Shown: in pieces, positions 11,342 through 21,260 of the stretch
Position numbering within the stretch: position 1 is the first letter of the stretch
Layout of the letters: every line of letters begins with the position of its first letter
NCBI GenBank assembly: GCA_965222615.1
Contig: CBDCUI010000009.1
Location: 1,053,580-1,117,579, forward strand
Reading direction: 5' to 3'
Length of the DNA stretch: 64,000 nt
Origin: Gammaproteobacteria bacterium
GTDB taxonomy: Bacteria > Pseudomonadota > Gammaproteobacteria > UBA4575
Program-made: the position numbers and the translations under genes
Notes under the pieces: generated by a model
Seen by the model: only the letters and a program-made list of their open reading frames with translations
The model's database searches: none
Told to the model about the DNA's origin: nothing

Positions 11342-11875
11342 TCAAATAGCATCAGTGTTCACTAAATCTTCATCACATATAACTTTTTCAATAAAACTGT
11401 CCTCAATTAATTTCTCTACATCTAGGAGTATCACAAGCCTTTCGTTAACTATTGACAATCCTTTTACAAAATCTATATCAACAGTACTATCAAATTCTGG
11501 TGAAGGTCGGATATCAGAATTTTCTATTCTATATACTTCTGAAACACCGTCCGCAACCATACCTACGGTACGTTGCTTTCCGGCAAGCATAATTTTAACA
11601 ACAATTACAACTGTGTTAGAGTTAAAAGGAATTTCTGCTATTCCAAATCGTTTTCGTAAATCTATAATTGGTACAATTGTGCCTCGTAAGTTAATTACTC
11701 CAAGAATGCAACTTGGTGTATTAGGTAGAGGAGTAACTTTGGTCCAGCCTTTTATTCCCTCTACACATAAAATTTCTACTCCGTATTCTTCCTCAGCAAG
11801 CATAAATGTTAAGTACTGTTCTGAGTCAGTATTACTATTTGCACCTTCTTCTTCTAGAACTTCTGTGGTAATCAT
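11342..11875 (-). CDS. cheW: Chemotaxis coupling protein CheW
   Basis: QYLTFMLAEEEYGVEI, LGVINLRGTIVPIIDLR and GMVADGVSEV. Confidence 0.96.
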   Translation of the reverse strand: MITTEVLEEEGANSNTDSEQYLTFMLAEEEYGVEILCVEGIKGWTKVTPLPNTPSCILGVINLRGTIVPIIDLRKRFGIAEIPFNSNTVVIVVKIMLAGKQRTVGMVADGVSEVYRIENSDIRPSPEFDSTVDIDFVKGLSIVNERLVILLDVEKLIEDSFIEKVICDEDLVNTDAI

Positions 11876-11899
11876 ATTTGATCTCCGAAATCAATTAAC

Positions 11900-13717
11900 T
11901 TAAGCAGCGTTTTTCTGTAATGCAATTTTATATTTTTTGCTTGATTTAAATTTCTGCACTAGACCAGATACATCGAGTATCAACGCAACTGTTCCATCTC
12001 CTAGTATTGTTGCACCAGATAAACCTTCGATATGTCTGAAATTGTCTTCTAAACTTTTGATGACAACCTGTTGCTGGTCTAGCAATTCATCTAATAAAAT
12101 ACCTACACGAGAACCATCAGTTTCAACTACTGCCAGCAATCCACTTGTTTTGTTTCCAACGTAGTTGTGTTCTTGATGATTAAAAATCTCACCTAAATGA
12201 ACAATCGGAATATGCTCTCCACGCACTTGATATACATCGCCCTGACCAGCAATTTTATTAATCTTCTTGGTTGAAATAATGACAGTTTCAACAATAGATA
12301 GGACTGAAATAATGTATGTTTCATTATCTACACGAACGAGTTGACCATCTAGAATTGCAAGAGTTAATGGAAGTCGTATGGTGAATGTTGAGCCAACACC
12401 TTTTTCGGAATGAATTTCAACACGTCCACCTAAATCCTTCACATTTCGTCGAACTACATCCAATCCCACACCACGACCCGAAAGATCACTAACCTCGTCA
12501 CGCGCCGAAAGCCCTGGGTGAAAGATTAGATTGTTGATTTCATTGTCTGTAAGCTGCTCATCTACACCAACAAGACCTTTGTCACGAGCTTTAGCCAGAA
12601 TTTTTTCCGTATTGATTCCTGCGCCATCATCTTCAATACGAATAATAATATTTCCGCCTTCTTGAGAAGCACTTAAGCGCAGTGTACCGATTTCCGATTT
12701 GCCTGCGGCTCGACGCACATCTGGCATCTCAATACCATGGTCAAGTGAATTTCTAACTATGTGTACAAGCGGATCACCCATTTTTTCTAATACGGTTTTA
12801 TCCAATTCGGTATCACCGCCTTTGATTTCGAGATCAACTTTCTTACCTAATTGGTTACAGATATCATGTACTAATCGAGGAACACGATTAAATCTAAAAC
12901 TGATGGGCAGCATGCGAATATCCATTACATTTTCTTGTAACTCTCGAGTGTAGCGTTCCAAGCGATCAAGACCCTCCTCGAGTTCATTAAACGAATCAGG
13001 ATCATATTCGCTGCCAAAGCGTTTAAGCATAGATTGAGTAATGACTAGTTCACTCACAAGATCTAGTAAAGAATCCACCTTTTCGATACTGACGCGAATT
13101 GATGAAGATTCTTTATTTGTTGTTTTTGGTGCAGGTTCCGATTTTGGTCTTGCTGTATTGGCAGTAGATGTACTCTTGGATACATCTTCATCTTTAGAAT
13201 CTTCTTTAGAAGAGGTCTCACTCTTTTCTAAACTTTCCACTTGTGTTGTTTCTGACTCTTCTGTATTAGATTCATCTTCCTCTTGATCGTAAGAATCTAC
13301 AGATGAAGAAGCAGATTTTGTATCTTCCTCTAAGGCACTGCTGATTTTCTTTTGTAATTCATCACCTGTTGACTCATCAATTTCTTGCTTGTTTTTCAAT
13401 TGCGTCATTGTTTCACGCAAGTAATCAACAGATTTAAGGAGTAATTGGATATCATGTTTAGATACTTCCCGTTCCCCAGAACGCATTTCGTCTAATAAGG
13501 TTTCTACTACATGAGTGAACTCGGAAACCTGCATAAACCCAAATGTGCCCGCACCGCCTTTAATTGAGTGTGCGGCACGAAAAATATCATTGATGATTTG
13601 AGGATCGACCTCACCCTGTTCAAGATTCAACAGGCCAGATTCCATTACGTCCAACCCTTCAAAACTTTCTTCGAAAAAGATTTGGCTAATCTCATCTAAA
13701 TCCATATCACTTCCCAT
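11900..13717 (-). CDS. cheA: Chemotaxis histidine kinase CheA (no P2 domain apparent)
   Basis: IFRAAHSIKGG (Hpt), HIVRNSLDHGIE, DDGAGI, SGRGVGLDVV, and C-terminal CheW domain. Confidence 0.97.
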   Translation of the reverse strand: MGSDMDLDEISQIFFEESFEGLDVMESGLLNLEQGEVDPQIINDIFRAAHSIKGGAGTFGFMQVSEFTHVVETLLDEMRSGEREVSKHDIQLLLKSVDYLRETMTQLKNKQEIDESTGDELQKKISSALEEDTKSASSSVDSYDQEEDESNTEESETTQVESLEKSETSSKEDSKDEDVSKSTSTANTARPKSEPAPKTTNKESSSIRVSIEKVDSLLDLVSELVITQSMLKRFGSEYDPDSFNELEEGLDRLERYTRELQENVMDIRMLPISFRFNRVPRLVHDICNQLGKKVDLEIKGGDTELDKTVLEKMGDPLVHIVRNSLDHGIEMPDVRRAAGKSEIGTLRLSASQEGGNIIIRIEDDGAGINTEKILAKARDKGLVGVDEQLTDNEINNLIFHPGLSARDEVSDLSGRGVGLDVVRRNVKDLGGRVEIHSEKGVGSTFTIRLPLTLAILDGQLVRVDNETYIISVLSIVETVIISTKKINKIAGQGDVYQVRGEHIPIVHLGEIFNHQEHNYVGNKTSGLLAVVETDGSRVGILLDELLDQQQVVIKSLEDNFRHIEGLSGATILGDGTVALILDVSGLVQKFKSSKKYKIALQKNAA

Positions 13718-13930
13718 TTTATGTAGGCTTTATTTCTGATAATCACTTATGTGAATACCTCATAATTACTAGCAACTAAATATAATTTTCTAAATGTATG
13801 TGAACCAATTCATTGAAATTTCATCACCAGCTACAAGCTATTTGTTGAAACGCAGGCCCCAATATGAAAATTTATTTGCTCGCTTTTGCCACTAAATTGA
13901 CTAAGAACTCTTAATCTATATCTGCCATAA

Positions 13931-13957
13931 ATATCGGCGAACACAATAAAAACTTTA
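13931..13957 (-). promoter_or_regulatory. Sigma-28 (FliA) promoter for the cheA operon
   Basis: Minus strand reads TAAAGTTT-N11-GCCGATAT versus the consensus TAAAGTTT-N11-GCCGATAA. Confidence 0.8.
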
Positions 13958-14131
13958 AGAGTGCTTCGGGGTTCATGCTTAGCATTCAAATATTCAAAAG
14001 CACGAAATACGAAAACATATAGCTTGTATTGACATCCTTTTAAACATTATTCATACAGCAGTGTCTGCCCACTAATTGATGTAACTACTAGGGCAAGCTT
14101 GAGACTGGAAGGTTTTATTAAACAAATATTG

Positions 14132-15001
14132 TCAAGCAGCGACTTGCGTATTTTCAAATAGCAATCCTGCCATTTCAGAATATTCTTCTTTTACAATACT
14201 AAAACAACTCTCCACTATGGTCAGATCTGTGTCTAGTATTTTCCAGACCACTTCATTTATAGGTGGCCCTTGAGAGAGATCATCACAATCGACTTCAATT
14301 AATGACGCAACAGTGTTTGCAATATGCACTACTGCTACTTGCATTGCATTGGGCAAATCTTCACTTGGAGCATGATGATAGCCAATACATACTTGTAATA
14401 GTTCAGGTAAATTCCAATTACGTGCAAGCTCTATTCCAACCTCTGCATGATCATAATTAAATATACTTCTCTCGGCACTAGATAAATCCATACCATCATA
14501 CTGATCCAAGCTAAGCTCAAGCGCCTTTGCAGAGTTTTTGGGTTCTAAAGTAAATAAAACTAAATGACCAATATCATGTAGTAAACCCGCGGTAAATAAG
14601 GCTTCTGCTGGATGTAATTTAATGCTTTTAGCAATTGCACGGGCGGAAAGCGCGCACAATAAACTATGTTTCCAAAAATCTTCAGTTGAAATAAGATCGT
14701 TTGGAATATCATCAAAGCTACTTTTAGCACTAATACTAAAAGCTAAATCGCGTACCTGCTTAGTACCGATACGAATTATTGCACCATTCGCATTCTCGAT
14801 TGGTACAGCTGATCCAAAGTATGCACTGTTGGCTAACTGCAATAATTTTGCCGTTAGTGCAGGATCTTGTTGAATGATACGCCCTAGCTCTTCTGTATCG
14901 CTAAGTCCATTATTTATCGCCTCATTAAACTGCGTGACCACAATGGGAAAAGAAATAAGATTATTTGTTTCTGAAATAAGTTCTTTGATTGTTTTTGGCA
15001 T
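14132..15001 (-). CDS. Stand-alone HDOD domain protein
   Basis: IQQDPALTAKLLQLANSAYF, FWKHS, LFTAGLLHDIG, HAEVG..LARNWNLP and YHH. Confidence 0.93.
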   Translation of the reverse strand: MPKTIKELISETNNLISFPIVVTQFNEAINNGLSDTEELGRIIQQDPALTAKLLQLANSAYFGSAVPIENANGAIIRIGTKQVRDLAFSISAKSSFDDIPNDLISTEDFWKHSLLCALSARAIAKSIKLHPAEALFTAGLLHDIGHLVLFTLEPKNSAKALELSLDQYDGMDLSSAERSIFNYDHAEVGIELARNWNLPELLQVCIGYHHAPSEDLPNAMQVAVVHIANTVASLIEVDCDDLSQGPPINEVVWKILDTDLTIVESCFSIVKEEYSEMAGLLFENTQVAA

Positions 15002-15035
15002 GATGTTTTATAAAATTTAGACCCAACAAACATAA

Positions 15036-15062
15036 TTATCGGCCTAAGCAAGCAAATATTTA
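15036..15062 (-). promoter_or_regulatory. Sigma-28 (FliA) promoter for the HDOD gene
   Basis: Minus strand reads TAAA-N15-GCCGATAA, 35 nt upstream of the start codon. Confidence 0.75.
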
Positions 15063-15255
15063 TTCTTAAACCAATTAATAACATAAATATGCATTTTTAA
15101 TTAATCAGCCAGTATGTGTTTGTTTTACCAGCGATATTCTTTATATATCAATATGAATGGTGGTTTTTTCAGGACAAACAGTACGTTATCGCCATTTAAA
15201 CAATTAGTAATATGGACGATATAACTTATATTGTTAATTTATCTCTATAAATAGA

Positions 15256-15624
15256 ATGTTAAAAATATTAATTGTCGACGATAGCAGAGCTATGCGCATG
15301 ATTGTAAAAAGAATTCTGCGACAAATTGACATCGGCGAACATGACACGGTAGAAGCTGGCGATGGTGAAGAAGGCCTAAAACAGGTCAATGAACATAATC
15401 CCGATTTAATTCTTTCAGATTGGAACATGCCGAATATGAATGGCATCCAGTTTTTAGAAAAAGTACGCGAAGAAAATAAACAAGTAAAATTTGGATTTGT
15501 GACCACTGAAGGATCTTCAAAAATGCGTAGTCTTGCTAAAGAAACAGGTGCTAACTTTCTTATAACAAAACCATTTACACCAGAATCTTTTGAAAAATCA
15601 ATCATGCCGGCATTGCAGCCTTAA
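15256..15624 (+). CDS. cheY: CheY-like single-domain response regulator
   Basis: ILIVDDS, LSDWNMP, VTTE and KPF; 122 aa with no output domain; next to the che cluster. Confidence 0.85.
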   Translation: MLKILIVDDSRAMRMIVKRILRQIDIGEHDTVEAGDGEEGLKQVNEHNPDLILSDWNMPNMNGIQFLEKVREENKQVKFGFVTTEGSSKMRSLAKETGANFLITKPFTPESFEKSIMPALQP

Positions 15625-15642
15625 AAATAAGAGAGTAAAAGA

Positions 15643-16104
15643 ATGGCTTTAGAATTAAGAAAAGTTAAAAACACTTTTGATCTATTATTTGGGAAAGATG
15701 TTGAAGTTCAAGAAGGCTCATCAGTAAAAAATGAAGCCAATAGAGTAATAGGAACTTATAAAAATGATAACGGAGAAGAATGCGCTGCGATTGTATTCGA
15801 CACACCTCTCGCCTGTTATTCCGGAGCTGCACTATCTATGCTGCCTGTAGGGGTTGCTGAAGATTGTATAAGTTCTGGCAATATAAGCGATATGATTTTA
15901 GAAAACATCCATGAAGTATTTAACATTAGTGTACGCTTTTTTTCTGATGGCACATCACCCGATATGCGACTTGGACAACTACTGGCAAACAAACAGGATA
16001 TTCCAGACAACATATTAGAAATATTGGAAAATGGCGCATCCTTGGATATTCAAGCAAATATCCCTGGCTATGGGTCAGGCTGCGCATCGATTTACAGAAA
16101 TTAG
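15643..16104 (+). CDS. Hypothetical protein, probable CheC/CheX-like CheY phosphatase
   Basis: Follows cheY; contains LENIHEVFNI (ExxN); resembles the ORF paired with CheY in actinobacterial che clusters (from recall). Confidence 0.5.
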   Translation: MALELRKVKNTFDLLFGKDVEVQEGSSVKNEANRVIGTYKNDNGEECAAIVFDTPLACYSGAALSMLPVGVAEDCISSGNISDMILENIHEVFNISVRFFSDGTSPDMRLGQLLANKQDIPDNILEILENGASLDIQANIPGYGSGCASIYRN

Positions 16105-16141
16105 ATAAAAAACATCTCCATTATAAATTTGTATTAAAGTT

Positions 16142-16912
16142 TCATATTCTATTAGCTTTTGGCTTATATAACCCTATTGCATTTTTGTATAGAACATTGG
16201 TTGCATGTTCTGGCCCCAATACCTCGACGATGAGATTGTAATCTGAATCATTAAAAGGTCTTGTTGCTCGAGTAGACGGCAGATCTGTTCCAAACATTAA
16301 CGCTTGAGGATTTGCAAAATACAATTGATGCACTCGTGTACGCACATTAAAGTCAACACGTCCAAATCCGGATGCCTTTACAAAAATTCCATTTTCTACA
16401 AGTTTTAAAATTGTGCCAAAACCTTCGGTAGATAAACCAAGGTGGTCAATACTAACTGCGGGAAGCTTTACGAGTACTTGATAAAGATCTCTAAGTGTTT
16501 CTGTCTCGGTGTACAACTCAACATGCCATCCAACCATTTCATAAACACGCATTGCCATACTTTCAAGATATTTTAATTCTTCCGAACCACCACGTTTAAG
16601 ATTAAACCTAATAGCACGGACCCCTGCATTATTTAGTGTCAATATTTCTTTTTCAGAAACAGTTACGGGTAATTGGGTTACACCTACATAGGATGGACCT
16701 AACTTTTTTAATGCATCTAACAAATAAGTGTTATCAAAGCCCTGAAATGAGCCAGAAACTACAGCTCCTCCACAAAGTGTGCATTCATGCAAGCGTTTTA
16801 AATAGTTATCACAGGTAAATTCATCAGGTAGATAACCATTATTTGGGGTCAGCGGGAAACGCTTATCAATGATATGAAAATGCGCATCAAAAAGTTTTAG
16901 GTTATATTTCAA
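16142..16912 (-). CDS. Amidohydrolase family protein (2-pyrone-4,6-dicarboxylate lactonase-like)
   Basis: FDAHFH, GVRAIRFN, IDHLG and FGTDLP motifs. Confidence 0.85.
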   Translation of the reverse strand: MKYNLKLFDAHFHIIDKRFPLTPNNGYLPDEFTCDNYLKRLHECTLCGGAVVSGSFQGFDNTYLLDALKKLGPSYVGVTQLPVTVSEKEILTLNNAGVRAIRFNLKRGGSEELKYLESMAMRVYEMVGWHVELYTETETLRDLYQVLVKLPAVSIDHLGLSTEGFGTILKLVENGIFVKASGFGRVDFNVRTRVHQLYFANPQALMFGTDLPSTRATRPFNDSDYNLIVEVLGPEHATNVLYKNAIGLYKPKANRI

Positions 16913-16964
16913 ATAAAATATTTATCTCAACTATTACTAATACATGTTTATAGATATTTCTAAC

Positions 16965-17546
16965 TTAAAGCTTATATGGTCTTTGTTGTTCGTCTTGTTC
17001 TGGCATCCGTAATATGCGTTGTTTTTCTGGCTTGCTCAACTCGGCTTGTAAATATTTCATCCTGTCTAAAATTGTTGGGGGTTTCTCAGCTTGGTTGCGA
17101 AGAAATCGAATTACTAAGGTAGGCCCTTTTGCTATCTCCGGATCAAGCCGCAATGCTTTTTGATAATCTTCAATCGCTTCCTCGTATTTGTCCATACGGT
17201 CATTTAAGATGCCACGATTGGCATAACTGGCAGCAAACTCTGGTTCTTGTTCGATTACATCGTTAAATACATTTAACGCTTCGTGATTACGTTCCAATTG
17301 CATTAATGAACGCGCAATTCCTCTCTTTGCATGAATAAAGTTCGGATTTTCGGCTACCGCTTGCTGATACGTTTTAAGTGCTTCCTCATACTTGCCATCT
17401 TCAAAATATTTGTTTGCGGCATGATAAGCACCTTCACCAACAAATTTTTCACGAATGGCTCCATCATAGATTGACCATCCAATCCATGCGATGGTTAGAA
17501 GTAAAGCTACGCGTATTAATACATTGTATTGAGCTTTTTCCATCAA
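16965..17546 (-). CDS. Membrane-anchored TPR protein
   Basis: N-terminal TM helix and three TPR repeats (YEEAL..Y, ASYANRG..YEEAIEDY). Confidence 0.85.
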   Translation of the reverse strand: MMEKAQYNVLIRVALLLTIAWIGWSIYDGAIREKFVGEGAYHAANKYFEDGKYEEALKTYQQAVAENPNFIHAKRGIARSLMQLERNHEALNVFNDVIEQEPEFAASYANRGILNDRMDKYEEAIEDYQKALRLDPEIAKGPTLVIRFLRNQAEKPPTILDRMKYLQAELSKPEKQRILRMPEQDEQQRPYKL

Positions 17547-17770
17547 GGTCGCAAACCAATACTTAAGTTGAATAGATATGAAAAAATAAGCACCACAAAA
17601 ACTGCTAAGACACGAGCACGTTTTAATTGTGCTGCTGTTTCAGATTGCGATAATTCTGTGTTTGTTTTATTTTGTAAACGTCTGACACTCATTACCCAAA
17701 TGAGTTTGCTTACTGGGAAAAACAGTAAAGCCGCTAAAACCAAAAAAGACAAAAGAAAATAAATATTCAA
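17543..17770 (-). CDS. Small two-TM hypothetical protein
   Basis: Two hydrophobic helices; 4-nt overlap with the TPR gene. Confidence 0.7.
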   Translation of the reverse strand: MNIYFLLSFLVLAALLFFPVSKLIWVMSVRRLQNKTNTELSQSETAAQLKRARVLAVFVVLIFSYLFNLSIGLRP

Positions 17771-17838
17771 AATCTATTAATGGTTAGTTATTAGTATTCC
17801 ACATAATACCGAAACCACCCATAGCCAGCAGGAAATAA

Positions 17839-17864
17839 AAAGGCGCACCAAATGGTACACCTTT
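17839..17864 (-). terminator. Possible terminator hairpin after the SSS gene
   Basis: Imperfect stem aaaggcgcacca/tggtacaccttt followed by a T-run on the minus strand. Confidence 0.4.
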
Positions 17865-17894
17865 GCTCATCATTCAACCCACTTACTGTTGCTA

Positions 17895-19880
17895 TTAGGA
17901 TTGATCAACCGCTTCGCGTTCTGAGATTTGTACATCGCCTATATCTTCGTAGAGCACTTCTATTTCCTTATCGGGCACGGTTGACATTCCCATTTTGTAA
18001 GCAAGAAACCACATCATAAACACACCCAATGCCCACCATAGTAGCTGCCATACCCATATCGATGGCATACCAAATATCCAAGTTGTAGCATCATTTGGAT
18101 TACCAAATATAGTGTTGCCAATTACGGCACCCGGACCAATTCCAAAAAAGAACCACACCAAAGTAATTATCCAAGCCAGAGGAATCAAATGACGACGATT
18201 AGCAATGGTCGAGGCAGTGTGTTCACGCAAATAGTTATGAAACTTCATTTTATGGGGCATATTGTTGCTAGCGCTGGACTGAGTTAATGCAGAAACAAGA
18301 ATAGCAAGTCCAAAATTAAATAATATTCCCCAACCGGCTGAATGTATGGTCCACGGCCACCTCCCCCATGGCATGAATTGTGAACCGATACTTTCCGTCA
18401 AAGTCACTGCAATCAAACCGGCAACTAGTCCAGTGACCACTCCTTGACGCGTCAACCACGGCCACCAGCATACTGCAATGAGTGCCGGCCACATTTGAAA
18501 CCCATAGGCTACGGCAAGCCCGCCAAGTAACACCAATGCATCTTTACTGGTCGTTGCTACAATTAATGCAGCGATAACAATTACCACTACTCCCACACGG
18601 CCCCAAAAGATTTGTTGCCCATGGCTTGCATGCGGCATGGCGTAACGTTTCAAAATATCGCGTGTCAACATACCCCCTGCTGTAGACATGTATGCCGCGC
18701 CAGTTGATTGCATCGCAGCTAAGGCACATACCGCTAACAAACTCACAAACCATGGCACCGAATCACTTAATAAATGAATTAACTGTGGAACTAGCATGCC
18801 TTGCTTACCTGCAGAATCCATAAGGTCTTGGCCTTGTAAGCCAGCAGCCATTACATTGTTTACCAGTTCAGGATGAGCTTTTAGAAAAGCTAAATCACCA
18901 CCAAGAAAATGGCCGCCTAATCCCTGAAAGGCGGTAAACACCATAAGAATAAATCCAATTCCAAATGATGATGCCCACACTTGTTGAGGTCCAAATGGTC
19001 TTGGGTCGTTATTGGAAAACGCCCACATGGAGAACGCTGGTGCAGATTGAATACCCATCAGAGCAAACATGTAGGTCAAAATCATAATGCCTGTCCAAGC
19101 CCCACCGGTGGCAGAAGGCCCATTACTGACAAATTGGATCACACCAGGAATTGCAATGTAGTGGCTGTAATCTGCTGGCGTTCTCTTTTCATCTATCGCA
19201 GCTAATGCAGCAATACCTTCGTTGAGCTTTGCAAAACCTCCTACATAATTCAGCGCAATAAAACCTATCGCTACAATTCCAAATGCCAATAAAATGGCTT
19301 GCAAGGAATCTACATAGGCAACGGCTCGCAACCCTCCGGAGGCTACATAAATAATCACCACGATAGAAAGCATCCACATGCCGACATTGACACCAAGTAA
19401 TCCATCGGTAAGTACGTTGAATAAAAACCCAGAGGCTCTTAGTTGCACACCGAGATAAGGAATAGAAAAGACAAGCGCTACCAGTACAACTAACAGACGT
19501 ATGGCATCCGATTTAAAATAATTAGATAACATCTCGCCGGGTGTAACAAAGCCAAAGCGTTTTCCTAAAATCCATTGTCGTTTTAAAAAAATTACACCAG
19601 TGAAAGGAATTGTAATGGCATAAAAAGAGGCATAGGCATATTGAAAACCATCTCGATATAGCAGACCCGGGTGACCCATAAAGGTCCAGCCAGAAAAAGA
19701 CGTGGCGGTAGCCGCTAATACAAATACCCAAATAGAAATTCCTCGACCGGCAATAAAGTAATCCGTTGCGGTCTTGGCCGATATTGCACACTTAACCCCC
19801 CAGAATATGCAATATGCCCAATATAGGAATACAAAGAGAAAAAGCCAAACAATTTTAGCTTCCATGTGCACTCCCTCCAA
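17895..19880 (-). CDS. Sodium:solute symporter family transporter
   Basis: DYFIAGR, ATSFSGWTFMGHPG, GGLRAVAYVD and LAAMQST; many TM helices. Confidence 0.93.
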   Translation of the reverse strand: MEGVHMEAKIVWLFLFVFLYWAYCIFWGVKCAISAKTATDYFIAGRGISIWVFVLAATATSFSGWTFMGHPGLLYRDGFQYAYASFYAITIPFTGVIFLKRQWILGKRFGFVTPGEMLSNYFKSDAIRLLVVLVALVFSIPYLGVQLRASGFLFNVLTDGLLGVNVGMWMLSIVVIIYVASGGLRAVAYVDSLQAILLAFGIVAIGFIALNYVGGFAKLNEGIAALAAIDEKRTPADYSHYIAIPGVIQFVSNGPSATGGAWTGIMILTYMFALMGIQSAPAFSMWAFSNNDPRPFGPQQVWASSFGIGFILMVFTAFQGLGGHFLGGDLAFLKAHPELVNNVMAAGLQGQDLMDSAGKQGMLVPQLIHLLSDSVPWFVSLLAVCALAAMQSTGAAYMSTAGGMLTRDILKRYAMPHASHGQQIFWGRVGVVVIVIAALIVATTSKDALVLLGGLAVAYGFQMWPALIAVCWWPWLTRQGVVTGLVAGLIAVTLTESIGSQFMPWGRWPWTIHSAGWGILFNFGLAILVSALTQSSASNNMPHKMKFHNYLREHTASTIANRRHLIPLAWIITLVWFFFGIGPGAVIGNTIFGNPNDATTWIFGMPSIWVWQLLWWALGVFMMWFLAYKMGMSTVPDKEIEVLYEDIGDVQISEREAVDQS

Positions 19881-20136
19881 AGTTTTTATGGTTGGCTTTT
19901 CAACAAGCGCTAGATTTATTAGCTATCCAATCAGTATGTAAAGAAATTGGCCTGTTTGCTAAACCGATTATTATTCAAGGGCACACTTTATACCCAAAAT
20001 GCTTTCTAGCAAAATTATACGCCAGATCCTGCGCAAAGTGGCCGAGAATGATATGGAGCACTTAGACAAAACTACCACTATTTACATCATTCTAGGATAA
20101 TGGAACATAAAATTTGTTAAATATTTAGAGTAATTT

Positions 20137-21018
20137 ATGCCTAGAACTTTTATAGCGATGCGGAGCGTTTTATATGTTCCTGGTTCAAATACTCGTGCCC
20201 TTGAAAAAACAAAGTCCCTTTCGGCAGATGCATTTATTTTTGATCTTGAAGATGCCGTATCACCTGAAATCAAAGAAGATGCTCGAAAAAATATCGTAAA
20301 GACATTAACTCAAAATGATTATGGGAAAAAACAAACCGTGGTACGGGTCAACCCACTTAGCAGTCACTGGGGCTACGACGATTTAATTGCAGCAGCTAAT
20401 AGTAATGCTACTGCCGTATTGCTACCCAAAGTCGAAAGTGCAGACATGGTAAGACAATCAGAATCCATTTTATACGAAGCAAACGCACCAGATGATCTAA
20501 CTATTTGGTGCATGATGGAAACACCAAGAAGTATGTTACATGCAGAAGAAATTGCTAGTGCAAGTTCTAAAATTAGAGCGATTGTTATGGGCACTTCAGA
20601 TCTAGCAAAAGATCTTGGTGCTTTACACACTCGTGAACGAGTTCCATTTTTAACAAGTCTATGTCTTTGTATCATGGCTGCACGAGCAGCAGATGTAGCG
20701 ATTGTTGATGGCGTTCACTTGAATTTAAAGGATGATGAAGGATTTAACTATGCATGCCAGCAAGGAAGGGAATTAGGCTTTGATGGGAAAACTCTTATCC
20801 ATCCCAAAACCATATCTAAAGCGAATGAAATATTCTCGCCGTCTACAAATGAAATCTCTTGGTCGAAAAAGATAATACAAGCACACAAAGAAGCTGCTTC
20901 GCATGGTGAAGGAGTAGTCGTAGTAGATGGTAAATTAATTGAAAGTCTTCATGTAGAAGGTGCCAAACGTACATTGCTGTTAGCAAATGCCATAGCAAAC
21001 CTTCAAAACGAATCTTAA
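20137..21018 (+). CDS. CitE/malyl-CoA lyase-like CoA-ester lyase (HpcH/HpaI aldolase/citrate lyase family)
   Basis: RSVLYVPG, FDLEDAV, VRVN, LPKVE, MMETP and GFDGKTLIHP. Confidence 0.92.
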   Translation: MPRTFIAMRSVLYVPGSNTRALEKTKSLSADAFIFDLEDAVSPEIKEDARKNIVKTLTQNDYGKKQTVVRVNPLSSHWGYDDLIAAANSNATAVLLPKVESADMVRQSESILYEANAPDDLTIWCMMETPRSMLHAEEIASASSKIRAIVMGTSDLAKDLGALHTRERVPFLTSLCLCIMAARAADVAIVDGVHLNLKDDEGFNYACQQGRELGFDGKTLIHPKTISKANEIFSPSTNEISWSKKIIQAHKEAASHGEGVVVVDGKLIESLHVEGAKRTLLLANAIANLQNES

Positions 21019-21260
21019 ATTGTTTAGATTGATGGACTTTATATGACTATTCTTATTTGTTACTAAGGCTGGTAACAGACTTGTAACCCAGCTATTAAAA
21101 AACTAGTTTTGATATAGAAACTGGCTGGACCGAAATGTATAAGTAGCCCCTTGTCCAGTTAAATCATATGCTGGTTTTAGTATAAATTCCTGTTGTGTGA
21201 CCCCAAAAATAGCTAATTTAAATTACTACAACAAAGTTTTGGATAACAGCTTTATACTGG

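Noticed and set aside
7108-13286. Many plus-strand ORFs of 60-180 aa antisense to the MCP, cheW and cheA genes
   Set aside because: Shadow ORFs of well-supported minus-strand genes, with no motifs of their own
13718-13930. Long cheA leader checked for a c-di-GMP riboswitch or a cheY/STAS remnant
   Set aside because: No GEMM-like paired stems and no recognisable ORF remnant
15234-15605. 123-aa minus-strand ORF
   Set aside because: Antisense shadow of the cheY gene
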